DNA of 64,000 bases. Origin: an uncultured Desulfovibrionaceae bacterium. Lineage in GTDB: Bacteria > Desulfobacterota > Desulfovibrionia > Desulfovibrionales > Desulfovibrionaceae. Each line of letters begins with the position of its first letter. Position 1 is the first letter of the stretch. This document shows, piece after piece, positions 28,204-37,778 of this stretch. The notes below the pieces were generated by a model. It made no database searches. It saw only the letters and a list, made by a program, of their open reading frames with translations, and was not told the origin of the DNA. The translations under genes and the position numbers were made by a program. The stretch is from contig CAYJKC010000007.1 of the NCBI GenBank assembly GCA_964370675.1, positions 959 through 64,958 of the forward strand. Reading direction: 5' to 3'.

Positions 28204-29063
28204 TGAGCAACGTTTATCACGCAGGCTGCAAGGTTAACCTCAGCTTAAAAATTGTGGGATTGCGTGCAGATGGCTATCATGAATTAGACTCTTTATTTTG
28301 GCCCTTACAAGAACCATATGATATCTTAGAATTTGAACCAAGACTTAATCAAGATTATTTAAGTATTAGCTGTGATATAGTAGATATTAATTGCCAAGAT
28401 AATACTTTAACTAAAGCATTTACAAAATTTATCCAGGCAGGTGGCAAATGTATGGGGGCGCATGTACACTTGAAAAAAAATATTCCCCATGGTGCAGGTT
28501 TGGGTGGTGGAAGCAGTGATGCTGCTTGCGTTTTAAATTGGTGTAATAGCAATGCAACTATACCATTAAAGGCTGAAAAACTTGCTCATGTGGCTTTGCA
28601 AGTGGGAGCAGATGTACCGTTTTTTTTAAAAAATATTCCTGCCAGAGTACAAGGCATTGGCGAAAAAATAGATCCTATTAAAAATTTTCTTAAAGATAAA
28701 TATGTGTTAGTAGTATGCCCTCCCATACATATTTGCACAAAATGGGCTTATAAGGCATGGGATGCACAACAAAAAAATATTTTTTCTTCTCAAGACTTGA
28801 CAAAGCACGCGCACAAGGATAAACACTCTTTCTCCTATGCAGCAAAAAATGTGTATGAGCTAGGTAATGACTTTGAGGAAATTGTTTTTTCAAAATACCC
28901 AAAACTAGCTCAAATTAAGTATAACTTGATTAATGCACATGCAGAAATTGCAGTTATGAGCGGTAGCGGTTCTAGCATGGTTGCGGTATTTGCTACTAAA
29001 GCGCAAGCTGAACAAGCTGCAAAATTGCATAAGAATTACAGGGTTTATATAACAACACTGTGA
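28203..29063 (+). CDS. ispE: 4-diphosphocytidyl-2-C-methyl-D-erythritol kinase
   Basis: 286 aa. KVNL motif and GHMP kinase loop PHGAGLGGGSSDAA. The start overlaps the hslV stop (TAATG). Confidence 0.9.
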   Translation: MSNVYHAGCKVNLSLKIVGLRADGYHELDSLFWPLQEPYDILEFEPRLNQDYLSISCDIVDINCQDNTLTKAFTKFIQAGGKCMGAHVHLKKNIPHGAGLGGGSSDAACVLNWCNSNATIPLKAEKLAHVALQVGADVPFFLKNIPARVQGIGEKIDPIKNFLKDKYVLVVCPPIHICTKWAYKAWDAQQKNIFSSQDLTKHAHKDKHSFSYAAKNVYELGNDFEEIVFSKYPKLAQIKYNLINAHAEIAVMSGSGSSMVAVFATKAQAEQAAKLHKNYRVYITTL

Positions 29064-29066
29064 CGC

Positions 29067-29141
29067 AGGGGTGTGGCCAAGAGGTAAGGCAACTGGTTTT
29101 GGTCCAGTCATTCGAGGGTTCGAACCCTTCCACCCCTGCCA
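29067..29141 (+). tRNA. tRNA-Gln (anticodon TTG), CCA encoded
   Basis: Hand-folded cloverleaf of 75 nt. Acceptor AGGGGTG/CACCCCT, anticodon arm ACTGG-TTTTGGT-CCAGT, T arm GAGGG-TTCGAAC-CCTTC, discriminator G plus CCA, then a T-run. Confidence 0.9.
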
Positions 29142-29173
29142 TTTTTTTTCACCCGTAAGCCACGAAGATCTAT

Positions 29174-30118
29174 ATGTTTAATAACTTACGAATTGTCACT
29201 GGTTCTGCTAACCCTGAGCTTGCAAAAGCTATATGCGATCATCTTGGATGCCAGCTAACCCCTTCACTTACCACTACTTTTAGTGATGGTGAGATTAGAA
29301 TTGAAATTGGGGACAATATACGTGGCGATGATGTTTTTGTGGTTCAACCCACATGCGCGCCCGTTAATGATAATATTTTTGAATTATGCCTCATGCTTGA
29401 CGCGCTAAAACGAGCCAGTGCAGCGCGCATAACGGCTGTTGTGCCTTATTATGGTTATGCACGCCAAGACCGTAAAGTTAGTCCTCGCGCTCCCATTAGT
29501 GCAAAAATGATTGCGGACTTTTTACAAACGGCAGGAGCACAGCGAGTAGTGACCATTGACTTGCATGCTGGTCAAATTCAAGGTTTTTTTGATTGTCCGG
29601 TGGACAATCTTTTTTGTGTGCCGGTTATGATGGAAAATTTACGCCAATATCCTCAAGAAGATATTGTTGTTGTTTCTCCGGATGCTGGTGGTGTGGAAAG
29701 AGCAAGAGCATATGCAAAAAGATTAAATGCAGGTCTTGCTATCATTGACAAAAGACGTGATGCACCCAATCAAGCTAAGGCCATGCATGTTATTGGTAAT
29801 GTGCAAGATAAAATTGCCATTATTGTAGATGATATGATTGATACAGCAGGTACACTTTGTTCCGGTGCTGAGGTGTTAAACGAAAATGGAGCACGTGAAG
29901 TTATTGCTTGTGCAGCGCACGGTGTTCTTTCTGGTCCAGCCATTGAAAGAATTAATGCTACCGACTCATTGCTGAAAGTAATTGTTACTGATACCATACC
30001 TTTACATGATAAATTAACGCGCTGTTCCAAATTACAGGTTGTCTCCGTGGCAGCCCTTATTGGAAAAACTGTACATAATATTCATACAGGATCTTCAGTC
30101 AGCGTTCTTTTTGTATAA
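29174..30118 (+). CDS. prs: Ribose-phosphate pyrophosphokinase
   Basis: 314 aa. YYGYARQDRK and the PRPP loop IVDDMIDTAGT. Confidence 0.94.
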   Translation: MFNNLRIVTGSANPELAKAICDHLGCQLTPSLTTTFSDGEIRIEIGDNIRGDDVFVVQPTCAPVNDNIFELCLMLDALKRASAARITAVVPYYGYARQDRKVSPRAPISAKMIADFLQTAGAQRVVTIDLHAGQIQGFFDCPVDNLFCVPVMMENLRQYPQEDIVVVSPDAGGVERARAYAKRLNAGLAIIDKRRDAPNQAKAMHVIGNVQDKIAIIVDDMIDTAGTLCSGAEVLNENGAREVIACAAHGVLSGPAIERINATDSLLKVIVTDTIPLHDKLTRCSKLQVVSVAALIGKTVHNIHTGSSVSVLFV

Positions 30119-30158
30119 AATTTATTGCAATAAAGCTCAAATTGCTAAGGAGACAAAT

Positions 30159-30770
30159 ATGTCCACTGAAAAAACTCTCTCTGTACAAAAACGTGATGGA
30201 TTTGGCAAAGGTCCAAACCGCCGCTTACGTACCACCAAAATGGTTCCTGGTGTATTTTATTCAGCACAAGGACAAAATGTTGCTGTTCAAGTGGCATCAC
30301 TTCCGCTTGAAAAAATGTATGCTGCCATGGGTCGCACCACTGTTTTCAATCTTGAAATTGAAGACGAGGGCAAAAAAAGCGTTCACCCTGTTATGATTTG
30401 GGATGTGCAGTTCCACCCTTACAAAAATCAATTTACACACATTGACTTCTACGGTGTTGACCTTGATAAAGAAGTGAAAGTTACTGTGTCCATTGAATTT
30501 ATTGGCACTGCTAAGGGTGTTAAACTTGGTGGAAAGCTTGAGACTTATCGTGAGCGCGTGTTACTGGTTGGAAAGCCTACTGACATTCCAAAGAAAATCA
30601 CTATTGACGTTAGTGACATGGGTCTAAATGCCACCATTCGCGTAGCTGATATTGAGTTACCTAATGGAGTAAAAGCACTATATGATCAAAACTTTGCTGT
30701 TGTTTCTGTTGCCTCTAAGGTGGCTAGTGCAGATGATGAAGGTGAAGACGGTGCTGAGGCTGATGCCTAA
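30159..30770 (+). CDS. rplY: 50S ribosomal protein L25 / general stress protein Ctc
   Basis: L25/Ctc fold sequence (RRLR...VPGVFY). AAGGAG lies 7 nt upstream of the ATG at 30159, whereas the track start at 30039 overlaps prs. Acidic C-terminal tail. Confidence 0.88.
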   Translation: MSTEKTLSVQKRDGFGKGPNRRLRTTKMVPGVFYSAQGQNVAVQVASLPLEKMYAAMGRTTVFNLEIEDEGKKSVHPVMIWDVQFHPYKNQFTHIDFYGVDLDKEVKVTVSIEFIGTAKGVKLGGKLETYRERVLLVGKPTDIPKKITIDVSDMGLNATIRVADIELPNGVKALYDQNFAVVSVASKVASADDEGEDGAEADA

Positions 30771-30814
30771 TTAATCTATACGGAAATTTTTCCCACCATA
30801 AAGCAAAATTTAGA

Positions 30815-30846
30815 GTAAGCCGGCCCTAGGTCGGCTACTTTTTTTC
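30815..30846 (+). terminator. Rho-independent terminator after rplY
   Basis: GC-rich stem gtaagccg...cggctac with one bulge, followed by TTTTTTT (30839-30845). Confidence 0.6.
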
Positions 30847-30860
30847 CATACTCAAATGCT

Positions 30861-31757
30861 ATGTTAATTACACCGCGCTATATTAATATTCAATCCCAAG
30901 TGCCCATAACACTTTCCGTTTTTGAAAATCACACTCAAGCTGTAACTGTACTTTTTTACCCAGGTACTATGGCAAGTCCACAAATGTATCCCACTCTTTT
31001 ACAAGAGCTTTATAGACTAGGATGTAATGTAGTTGGTATTCACCCTCTAAGCCACGGTCTAAGCCCTAAAATAAAAAAAAATTTTGTGTTTGATGATTTT
31101 TTGCAAAATGGACGTGATGCTGAAGCTTGGGTAATGGAAAATTTCTCTGGTCCAATTGTAGCTTGTGGGCATAGTCAAGGTGGCATTTTAGCCCTTGCTC
31201 ATAGCATAGATAATCCTAATATTGCTGCAACTTTTCCTATTGGTTCGCTACTTACCCACCAACCATATGCTATAGAAATTACACACTTTAAGTCTTTAAA
31301 AGGTCGTGAAGAAAAGCTCTTGAACATATTGAACAAAATTTCAAACATTTTTCCGCGCTTACCCATTCCATTTTTTGCATATCTTTCACCAGCTAAAATT
31401 ATTGCTAATGCTTATAAGGCTTTTGCACCGCGTGAAGGATGTCGCGCTACATATCCGCTATGTTATATATATAGCTTATTTAGTGCAAACCTTACCAAGG
31501 TGCATGAGCATGGCTGTATTAAATGCCCAGTCATACTTATAACACCTAAGGATGATGAACTATTTCCTCTTTCAATTATGGAGCAATTATTGACTAGCAT
31601 TAATGCACCACAAAAAAAGCTCATTTCTATTACAGGCGGTGGGCATTTAGCAGCAGTAAGTAGATATTATGCTAAGCATATTGCTGCCTACATTGCAGCA
31701 GAGTGCGCTGGTCTTGGTTTGCCCCTATACACTCAAAACAACAACTCAAAACGGTAA
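30861..31757 (+). CDS. Alpha/beta-fold hydrolase
   Basis: 298 aa. Nucleophile elbow GHSQGG. A C-terminal GGGH may supply the catalytic His. Confidence 0.65.
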   Translation: MLITPRYINIQSQVPITLSVFENHTQAVTVLFYPGTMASPQMYPTLLQELYRLGCNVVGIHPLSHGLSPKIKKNFVFDDFLQNGRDAEAWVMENFSGPIVACGHSQGGILALAHSIDNPNIAATFPIGSLLTHQPYAIEITHFKSLKGREEKLLNILNKISNIFPRLPIPFFAYLSPAKIIANAYKAFAPREGCRATYPLCYIYSLFSANLTKVHEHGCIKCPVILITPKDDELFPLSIMEQLLTSINAPQKKLISITGGGHLAAVSRYYAKHIAAYIAAECAGLGLPLYTQNNNSKR

Positions 31758-31761
31758 TTAT

Positions 31762-32376
31762 ATGGAATACAATGGTATTATTGTCGGCTTAGGCAATCCT
31801 GGACTCAAATATGCAGGAACACGCCACAACATGGGCTTTGAGTTCATAGATTATATCTTGAATAAGGCTGAACAAAACGGACCTGTTGAAACCATGTCTG
31901 GTTCCAAATTTAAATGTGAACTATGGCGATGCAAGCCTTTTGACACTTCTCATTGGTGGCTCATGGTAAAACCTCAAACTTTTATGAACCTTAGTGGGCT
32001 AAGTGTTCAACCATTACTGGCATGGCATAAACTAAAACCTAATAAACTTATTGTAGTTCATGATGAATTAGATATAGCTGTGGGTATGTTAAGATTTAAG
32101 ACTGGCGGAGGCAATGCTGGGCATAATGGTCTTAAATCTATTACTGAGCATCTTGGCACTCCAGATTTTCATCGCCTGCGCTTGGGTATTGGTAGACCGA
32201 CCCTACCTAATCAAGATGTGTCAAGCTTTGTTCTAACTAGACCAAATGTAGATGAAAACACACAACTTACACAAAGCATCATTAACGCACGAGAAGTATT
32301 AACAGTTTTTAATAAAGATGGTTCTAAGGCAGCTACTAAATTAGCACTATCCCTAAAACCAGAGTTAAGCATTTAA
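31762..32376 (+). CDS. pth: Peptidyl-tRNA hydrolase
   Basis: GLGNPG and HNMGF motifs. Start taken at MEYNGIIVGLGNPG (31762). Confidence 0.92.
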   Translation: MEYNGIIVGLGNPGLKYAGTRHNMGFEFIDYILNKAEQNGPVETMSGSKFKCELWRCKPFDTSHWWLMVKPQTFMNLSGLSVQPLLAWHKLKPNKLIVVHDELDIAVGMLRFKTGGGNAGHNGLKSITEHLGTPDFHRLRLGIGRPTLPNQDVSSFVLTRPNVDENTQLTQSIINAREVLTVFNKDGSKAATKLALSLKPELSI

Positions 32377-32506
32377 TATTTTAATAAATCTTTTTTTAAA
32401 AAAAATCCCTTTTTTGCACTAGACAAACCTTGCGCTTTAGTTTATTAGTTATATAACGTCGCGGTTTAGACACTTTATTCTAAACCTTCTAACCCACGAG
32501 GCGGGT

Positions 32507-33010
32507 ATGTTCCAAACTGATGAACTAGTTGTCTATCCTGCTCAAGGAGTAGGCAGAATTGAAAGCATTAACCACCAAGAAGTTGGTGGAGCATTGTGCG
32601 AGTTTTATATTGTGCGTATTATTGCTAACAACATAACTCTTATGATTCCTGTAAATAATGCGTTGAATGTAGGATTACGTTCGGTTATTAGCACAACAGA
32701 AGCTAAAGAAATTTTAGAACTTCTTTGTAAAGATGAAGATGTTACCATACATACTGGACAAAATTGGAATAGACGACATCGTGAATATACCGAAAAATTA
32801 AAAAGCGTAGACCTAAAAGAAGTGGCATTAGTTGTACGTGAATTATTGCTCATTGGTAAAAGCAAAGAACTTTCCTTTGGTGAGCGTAGGCTTTTAGAAC
32901 AAGCCATGTTGCTCATTACTGGTGAAATTGCTGAAGCTTTGAATATAGATGAAGCTAGCTTACGTGACGAAATTATGTCATACTACCCTCCACCACCTGT
33001 AAAAAATTAG
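32507..33010 (+). CDS. CarD/CdnL-family RNA-polymerase-binding transcription regulator
   Basis: 167 aa. N-terminal TRCF-RID-like VVYPAQGVGRIE, and a C-terminal helical domain. Confidence 0.85.
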   Translation: MFQTDELVVYPAQGVGRIESINHQEVGGALCEFYIVRIIANNITLMIPVNNALNVGLRSVISTTEAKEILELLCKDEDVTIHTGQNWNRRHREYTEKLKSVDLKEVALVVRELLLIGKSKELSFGERRLLEQAMLLITGEIAEALNIDEASLRDEIMSYYPPPPVKN

Positions 33011-33832
33011 TTTTTTATTGTTTTAGCACTCATTAAACTTCATTAAATGTATGTTTTAGCTAAGACTTTTTGAATAGTTAGTCAACACTGAAAAACACAA
33101 TAATCATTTGAAATAAATTATTTAACAACTCAAGTAGACTAATAAAATTGTCAGAAATAAGTGTATGAAATACGATTTTATGGCAATTTTATGATGCAAA
33201 AAATAAGTTTTTCAAGTGTCGACTAATTGGGGCTTACAGGCTTAGCACCACTAAACAAAAAAATTTTCCAAACTGCACAGGCTCCATCATGCAACTATGT
33301 TATTTATAACAAGTTTCAATTGATACGTGTTCACAAAATAAGAAAAAGATTATGATCTTTCACTTTAAGCTCATTGATAAAAAGCTACGTTTAGATTTTG
33401 TTTTGGCAAATGTCTCGCTAAACAATATTAATCTGGCAAATTTTTTAAGCAAATGCTAAGCGCAATTCATGTTAAACCTTTAAAAAAATTCAGCGAACAT
33501 CATATTTATAATACTTTTTTCTGCATTAGAATAATATAAGTGTTTTTCAAAAACTAAGCATTTTTTTCTTGCCATCACGTAAAAATAAGGCTAATGCAAT
33601 GTTGCTTCGATGCACAAATTTTTTCCCAATTATCAAGAGCACAATTATTCATCAAATGTTCCAATAATACCACTCTAATCCTGACTTAGCAGTTTTTTGT
33701 ATTTTGAGTATTGTATATTGTATAAATGATGTTAATCCATAAATCTATCGGAGCCTTTGTAATAGGAAATGCATATGCCATATGCAAACAAATGTAGCCC
33801 CTCTGGTATTCACTATTAACAGCTGGAATTTT

Positions 33833-35134
33833 ATGCGTAAAAAGAAAGAAACTTCAGAAGAACTTCCCATTGCCGAAAGCATGCTTAGCCTAAGTGTTTT
33901 AAAAACAAAAAGCATGCATGAGCTAATGGAATTAGCAGAACAATATAATCTTGATAATGCTAGCTCCATGCGCAAACAAGAATTAATTTTTTCTCTACTC
34001 CAATCGTGTTCATTGCAAAATGGCGCTATTTATGGTGATGGAGTATTAGAAATTTTACCTGATGGCTTTGGATTTTTGCGTTCGCCAACATGTAGCTATA
34101 TGCCAGGTCCTGACGACATTTATGTATCACCCTCTCAAATTAGACGTTTTTCACTGCGTAAAGGTGATATTGTTGCAGGACAAATTAGACCGCCCAAGGA
34201 AGGGGAGCGTTATTTTGCCCTACTTAAAGTCACAGAAATTGGCTTTGAACCCCCTGAACAAGCAAAAAATTTAGTTCTTTTTGACAACTTAACTCCCATT
34301 TATCCCGACAAGCAACTCACCATGGAAAATGGTGAAAAAAGCTTTTCCAACCGTGTCATTGACTTAATGTCCCCCATAGGATGTGGTCAGCGTGGTCTTA
34401 TTGTTGCTCCACCACGCACAGGCAAAACCATCTTATTACAAGCCATGGCAAATGCAATTAATGCTAACTTTCCAGATGTGTATCTTATTGTCCTACTTAT
34501 TGATGAGCGTCCAGAAGAAGTTACTGATATGGAGCGCACAGTTAAACAAGCTGAGGTTATAAGCTCCACCTTTGATGAGCCACCGCATCGCCATGTGCAA
34601 GTATGTGAAATGGTACTTGAAAAAGCAAAACGCCTTGTGGAGCGCAAGCGTGATGTTGTTATATTACTTGATTCCATTACACGCTTGGGGCGCGCCTACA
34701 ATGCGGTAACTCCACCTTCAGGGCGCGTGCTTTCTGGTGGACTTGATGCCAATGCTCTACAAAGACCCAAACGCTTTTTTGGTGCAGCACGCAATATGGA
34801 AGAAGGTGGTAGCCTAACTATTATTGCATCTGCGCTCATAGACACTGGTTCACGCATGGATGAAGTCATTTTTGAAGAATTTAAAGGCACTGGTAATATG
34901 GAAATTTATCTTGATCGCCATTTATCTGAAAAACGTGTTTTCCCAGCCATTGACATTAATCGCACCGGAACACGCAAAGAAGATCTCTTACTTGATGAAG
35001 AAGTACTAAATAGAGTTTGGATTTTGCGTAAGATTTTAGCACCTATGTCTTCCATTGATAGCATGGAGTTCTTGCTAGATAAAATGCGTGGAACAAAGAG
35101 TAATAAAGATTTCTTAAATGCCATGGGCAGATAA
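33833..35134 (+). CDS. rho: Transcription termination factor Rho
   Basis: Rho_N ([10 protein letters not shown]), an RNA-binding cold-shock-like domain, and Walker A PPRTGKT. Start taken at [10 protein letters not shown] (33833). Confidence 0.94.
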   Translation: MRKKKETSEELPIAESMLSLSVLKTKSMHELMELAEQYNLDNASSMRKQELIFSLLQSCSLQNGAIYGDGVLEILPDGFGFLRSPTCSYMPGPDDIYVSPSQIRRFSLRKGDIVAGQIRPPKEGERYFALLKVTEIGFEPPEQAKNLVLFDNLTPIYPDKQLTMENGEKSFSNRVIDLMSPIGCGQRGLIVAPPRTGKTILLQAMANAINANFPDVYLIVLLIDERPEEVTDMERTVKQAEVISSTFDEPPHRHVQVCEMVLEKAKRLVERKRDVVILLDSITRLGRAYNAVTPPSGRVLSGGLDANALQRPKRFFGAARNMEEGGSLTIIASALIDTGSRMDEVIFEEFKGTGNMEIYLDRHLSEKRVFPAIDINRTGTRKEDLLLDEEVLNRVWILRKILAPMSSIDSMEFLLDKMRGTKSNKDFLNAMGR

Positions 35135-35152
35135 CAACCATTAAAAATATAC

Positions 35153-35201
35153 AAAAAAGTCACTTAACAGAGAAAATTACTTCTGTTAAGTGACTTTTTT
35201 T
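35153..35201. terminator. Bidirectional rho-independent terminator between rho (+) and the chemoreceptor (-)
   Basis: Perfect 12-bp stem, gtcacttaacag (35159-35170) with ctgttaagtgac (35183-35194), flanked by A6 and T7 runs. Confidence 0.85.
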
Positions 35202-35246
35202 ATAAATTCTTAAATAGCTTTGCGATTAATCTGAAAACTTAGTTTA

Positions 35247-36935
35247 TTATTTATCTTGCACATATTGCACATATTGCCTATCAGTTCCCATGATATGCTT
35301 AATAAGCCAATCTTTTAAGAATTCTAACAAGTTAATACTTAACACTGCACTGCCTCCACTGAGTTGTTCTTTAAATTCAACCAATTTTTTTACAAACTTA
35401 CGGTGCACTTCTTTATGTGTTAATACGTCAGGATACTTTGAGCCACCAAAAATCTTTTCTTCATCACTAAAGTGGGTCACAGTATAATTTGCCAAATCGT
35501 CTAGCAATGCACCAAGAGCTTTATCGCTGGCATTATTTTGCATAGCTTTGTAAAGTTCATTAATATAATTACAAAGCACCTTATGCTGGCTATCCACAAT
35601 ATCAATACCAAGGCTAAGTTCATCAGTCCAGACTATGAAGGTATCAGCTGACGTTGCACCATCTAAATTGCCGCTATCAAGAGCGTGCACTATAATATCA
35701 ATTTCATCAACACTGCTTGAAAAACTAACTAATGTATTCATAAAATTGCGCATATGCTCACCAGTGGTAGCAGAAACCTTTTGCACCCCATCTAAAGCCT
35801 CATTGACATGATGACTGGTGTCTGATTGGGCTTGCGCTGCTGCTGCAATATCGCTTAATTGGGCAGCAGTTTCATCCATACCACGAACAATATCTTGCAT
35901 GAAAGTTCCAGCTTGAGTTGCTTTTTGTGCACTTTCAACAGTATATTCCACAGCCTTGGCCACAGCTTCCATATTGCGATTGGTTTCTTCTTGTATGCTA
36001 AGCACAGCACCTTCTACTTCCTTGGTAGCAAGTATGGTTTTTTCAGCTAATTTTCTTACTTCATCAGCAACCACAGCAAAGCCGCGCCCAGCTTCACCAG
36101 CTCTTGCAGCCTCAATAGCAGCGTTAAGAGCAAGTAGGTTCGTTTGATCTGCAACATCATTAATGACACCCATGACTTTGCCAATATCAACCGTTTTTTC
36201 AACCAACACATTCATAGTATCACGAAGTCCAAGCACAGTTTCTTTTACAACCTCAATACCACCAACAGCTTCTTTAACATCATTAGCACCGACTAATGCA
36301 TTTTGTCTTGATGTTTCAGCACCTTGTGAAGCAGACTGCACTTTTTGAGCCGACTCTTCTGTGTGCTGCACCATAAGCCCCATGGCATTATGAGTTTCAC
36401 CAAGATTGGCAAGCTGCGACACCATGCCGGCATCAATCTCACTAACAACCTGGGTAAATTCACGCACTCCACTAGTTAGTTTTCTGGTTACACTAGCAGC
36501 TTTATTAGCAATTTTTTGCATGTCTGCCATAGTTTTTTCCTGAATTTCTTTTTGCTCAGAGCTTTGATCTAGCGAGTTAAGCACCTCTTTATATTGTTGT
36601 TTTAATTCATCATACTGTTTTTGTAAGGCTTGATGCTGCTCACTCCATTTAGCACTTACACTTACAATTTCCTTATAGACAGTGTTTGTTGCATGTTCAT
36701 TAGTAGTGGAAAAATTTCCACTAATACCATTTTGCATTTGCTTTAATAAATCTAAAGTAACTTCATCTTGATTGCTGCTTTGTTTTGACAACAAAAATAT
36801 ACTTGTTGCGGCAATACCAATGCTGCATGCTAGCAATACATAGTCTATGGTGGGGCTAACATCTAACAAGACACCTACAATATTGAGCAAAACTAAAAGT
36901 AATATAACTGTGATACACCAAACACTAGCTTTCAT
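35247..36935 (-). CDS. Methyl-accepting chemotaxis protein with a C-terminal hemerythrin domain (DcrH-like)
   Basis: N-terminal TM pair, MCP signalling hairpin ([36 protein letters not shown]), and a C-terminal hemerythrin motif set (W.DELSLGI..VD.QH, HFSDEE, H..VH..F, WL..HI...D). Confidence 0.87.
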   Translation of the reverse strand: MKASVWCITVILLLVLLNIVGVLLDVSPTIDYVLLACSIGIAATSIFLLSKQSSNQDEVTLDLLKQMQNGISGNFSTTNEHATNTVYKEIVSVSAKWSEQHQALQKQYDELKQQYKEVLNSLDQSSEQKEIQEKTMADMQKIANKAASVTRKLTSGVREFTQVVSEIDAGMVSQLANLGETHNAMGLMVQHTEESAQKVQSASQGAETSRQNALVGANDVKEAVGGIEVVKETVLGLRDTMNVLVEKTVDIGKVMGVINDVADQTNLLALNAAIEAARAGEAGRGFAVVADEVRKLAEKTILATKEVEGAVLSIQEETNRNMEAVAKAVEYTVESAQKATQAGTFMQDIVRGMDETAAQLSDIAAAAQAQSDTSHHVNEALDGVQKVSATTGEHMRNFMNTLVSFSSSVDEIDIIVHALDSGNLDGATSADTFIVWTDELSLGIDIVDSQHKVLCNYINELYKAMQNNASDKALGALLDDLANYTVTHFSDEEKIFGGSKYPDVLTHKEVHRKFVKKLVEFKEQLSGGSAVLSINLLEFLKDWLIKHIMGTDRQYVQYVQDK

Positions 36936-37193
36936 AGCACACTCCAACAATAAAGTATTTTTATCTACAATCGGAACAAGTATAAAAATAATTACACTTT
37001 ATTTTATATTAATCAAGAATTTATTAATTCAAAGCGTTACAGCATTGATAGTAGAATAATTTCTAATTTATTGATATTGTGATATTATGCAAAGTTTTTT
37101 ATTGACGCGCCATGATTTGTAACCTAAGCCTGTGTAATGAATTTATGTTAACTAAAAATATATCAACCTTTTGTATAGAATAGGAAAGTAAGT

Positions 37194-37757
37194 ATGCATT
37201 CACTTGTGATTTCTTTTTTAGGCTGCGATTGCCCCGGTGTTGTGTCAGCTGTATCTACCTTATTTGAAGAGGCAAATTGTGATATTGTAGGGGTTTCACA
37301 AACCATATCCAATGGTGAATTTGCAGCAATTTTCACAGTGATTGCGCCCAATGTACTAACTGTTGAAAATTTACATAGCTTTCTAGTAAAGGGGCTTGCG
37401 GCGCGTGATGTAGATTTGTCTGTTATAGTTCGCCCAGTAAATGCTAAGGTGTGGGGTAAAAGTATACCATGTTCGCCCTTTGTAGTAACAGCTCACGGCC
37501 CAAATAGTGTAGGACTTATGGCAGCACTAGCTTCTGTTTTTGCAAATTATGGTGTTAACATAGAGCACCTTAAAGCCATTATGGATGAAGGCAAAGAAAA
37601 TCAAGCCCTTTTTGTGTTTGAAGTAATGGTACCTGACACTGTTGACTTGTATAAATTGCGTGACAATTTACACAAACAAGGGCAAAAATTTTCCTTACAA
37701 ATGAGTATACAACATAAGGATATTTTTGAAGCCATGCACCGTATTGCACCCATGTAA
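37194..37757 (+). CDS. Tandem ACT-domain protein (GcvR/UPF0237-like)
   Basis: 187 aa. Two ACT repeats (VISFLGCDCPGVVSAVS..., VVTAHGPNSVGLMAALA...). Confidence 0.7.
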   Translation: MHSLVISFLGCDCPGVVSAVSTLFEEANCDIVGVSQTISNGEFAAIFTVIAPNVLTVENLHSFLVKGLAARDVDLSVIVRPVNAKVWGKSIPCSPFVVTAHGPNSVGLMAALASVFANYGVNIEHLKAIMDEGKENQALFVFEVMVPDTVDLYKLRDNLHKQGQKFSLQMSIQHKDIFEAMHRIAPM

Positions 37758-37778
37758 AAAAGGATATTGAGGTTATTT

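Noticed and set aside
29067-29173. tRNA-Gln considered as an integration hotspot for a genomic island.
   Set aside because: No integrase, direct repeat of the tRNA 3' end or foreign genes follow. The next genes are prs, ctc and pth, the normal housekeeping context.
33745-33975. A 76-aa minus-strand ORF overlapping the rho start region.
   Set aside because: It is antisense to the well-supported rho N-terminus, with no RBS or motif. It is a shadow ORF.
36030-36150. Nucleotide similarity between the two chemoreceptor genes (36030-36150 versus 61430-61560, including the shared 20-mer ccagcttcaccagctcttgc), considered as a dispersed repeat.
   Set aside because: It coincides exactly with the universally conserved MCP signalling hairpin ([32 protein letters not shown]). 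Purifying selection on paralogous domains explains it, not a mobile repeat.
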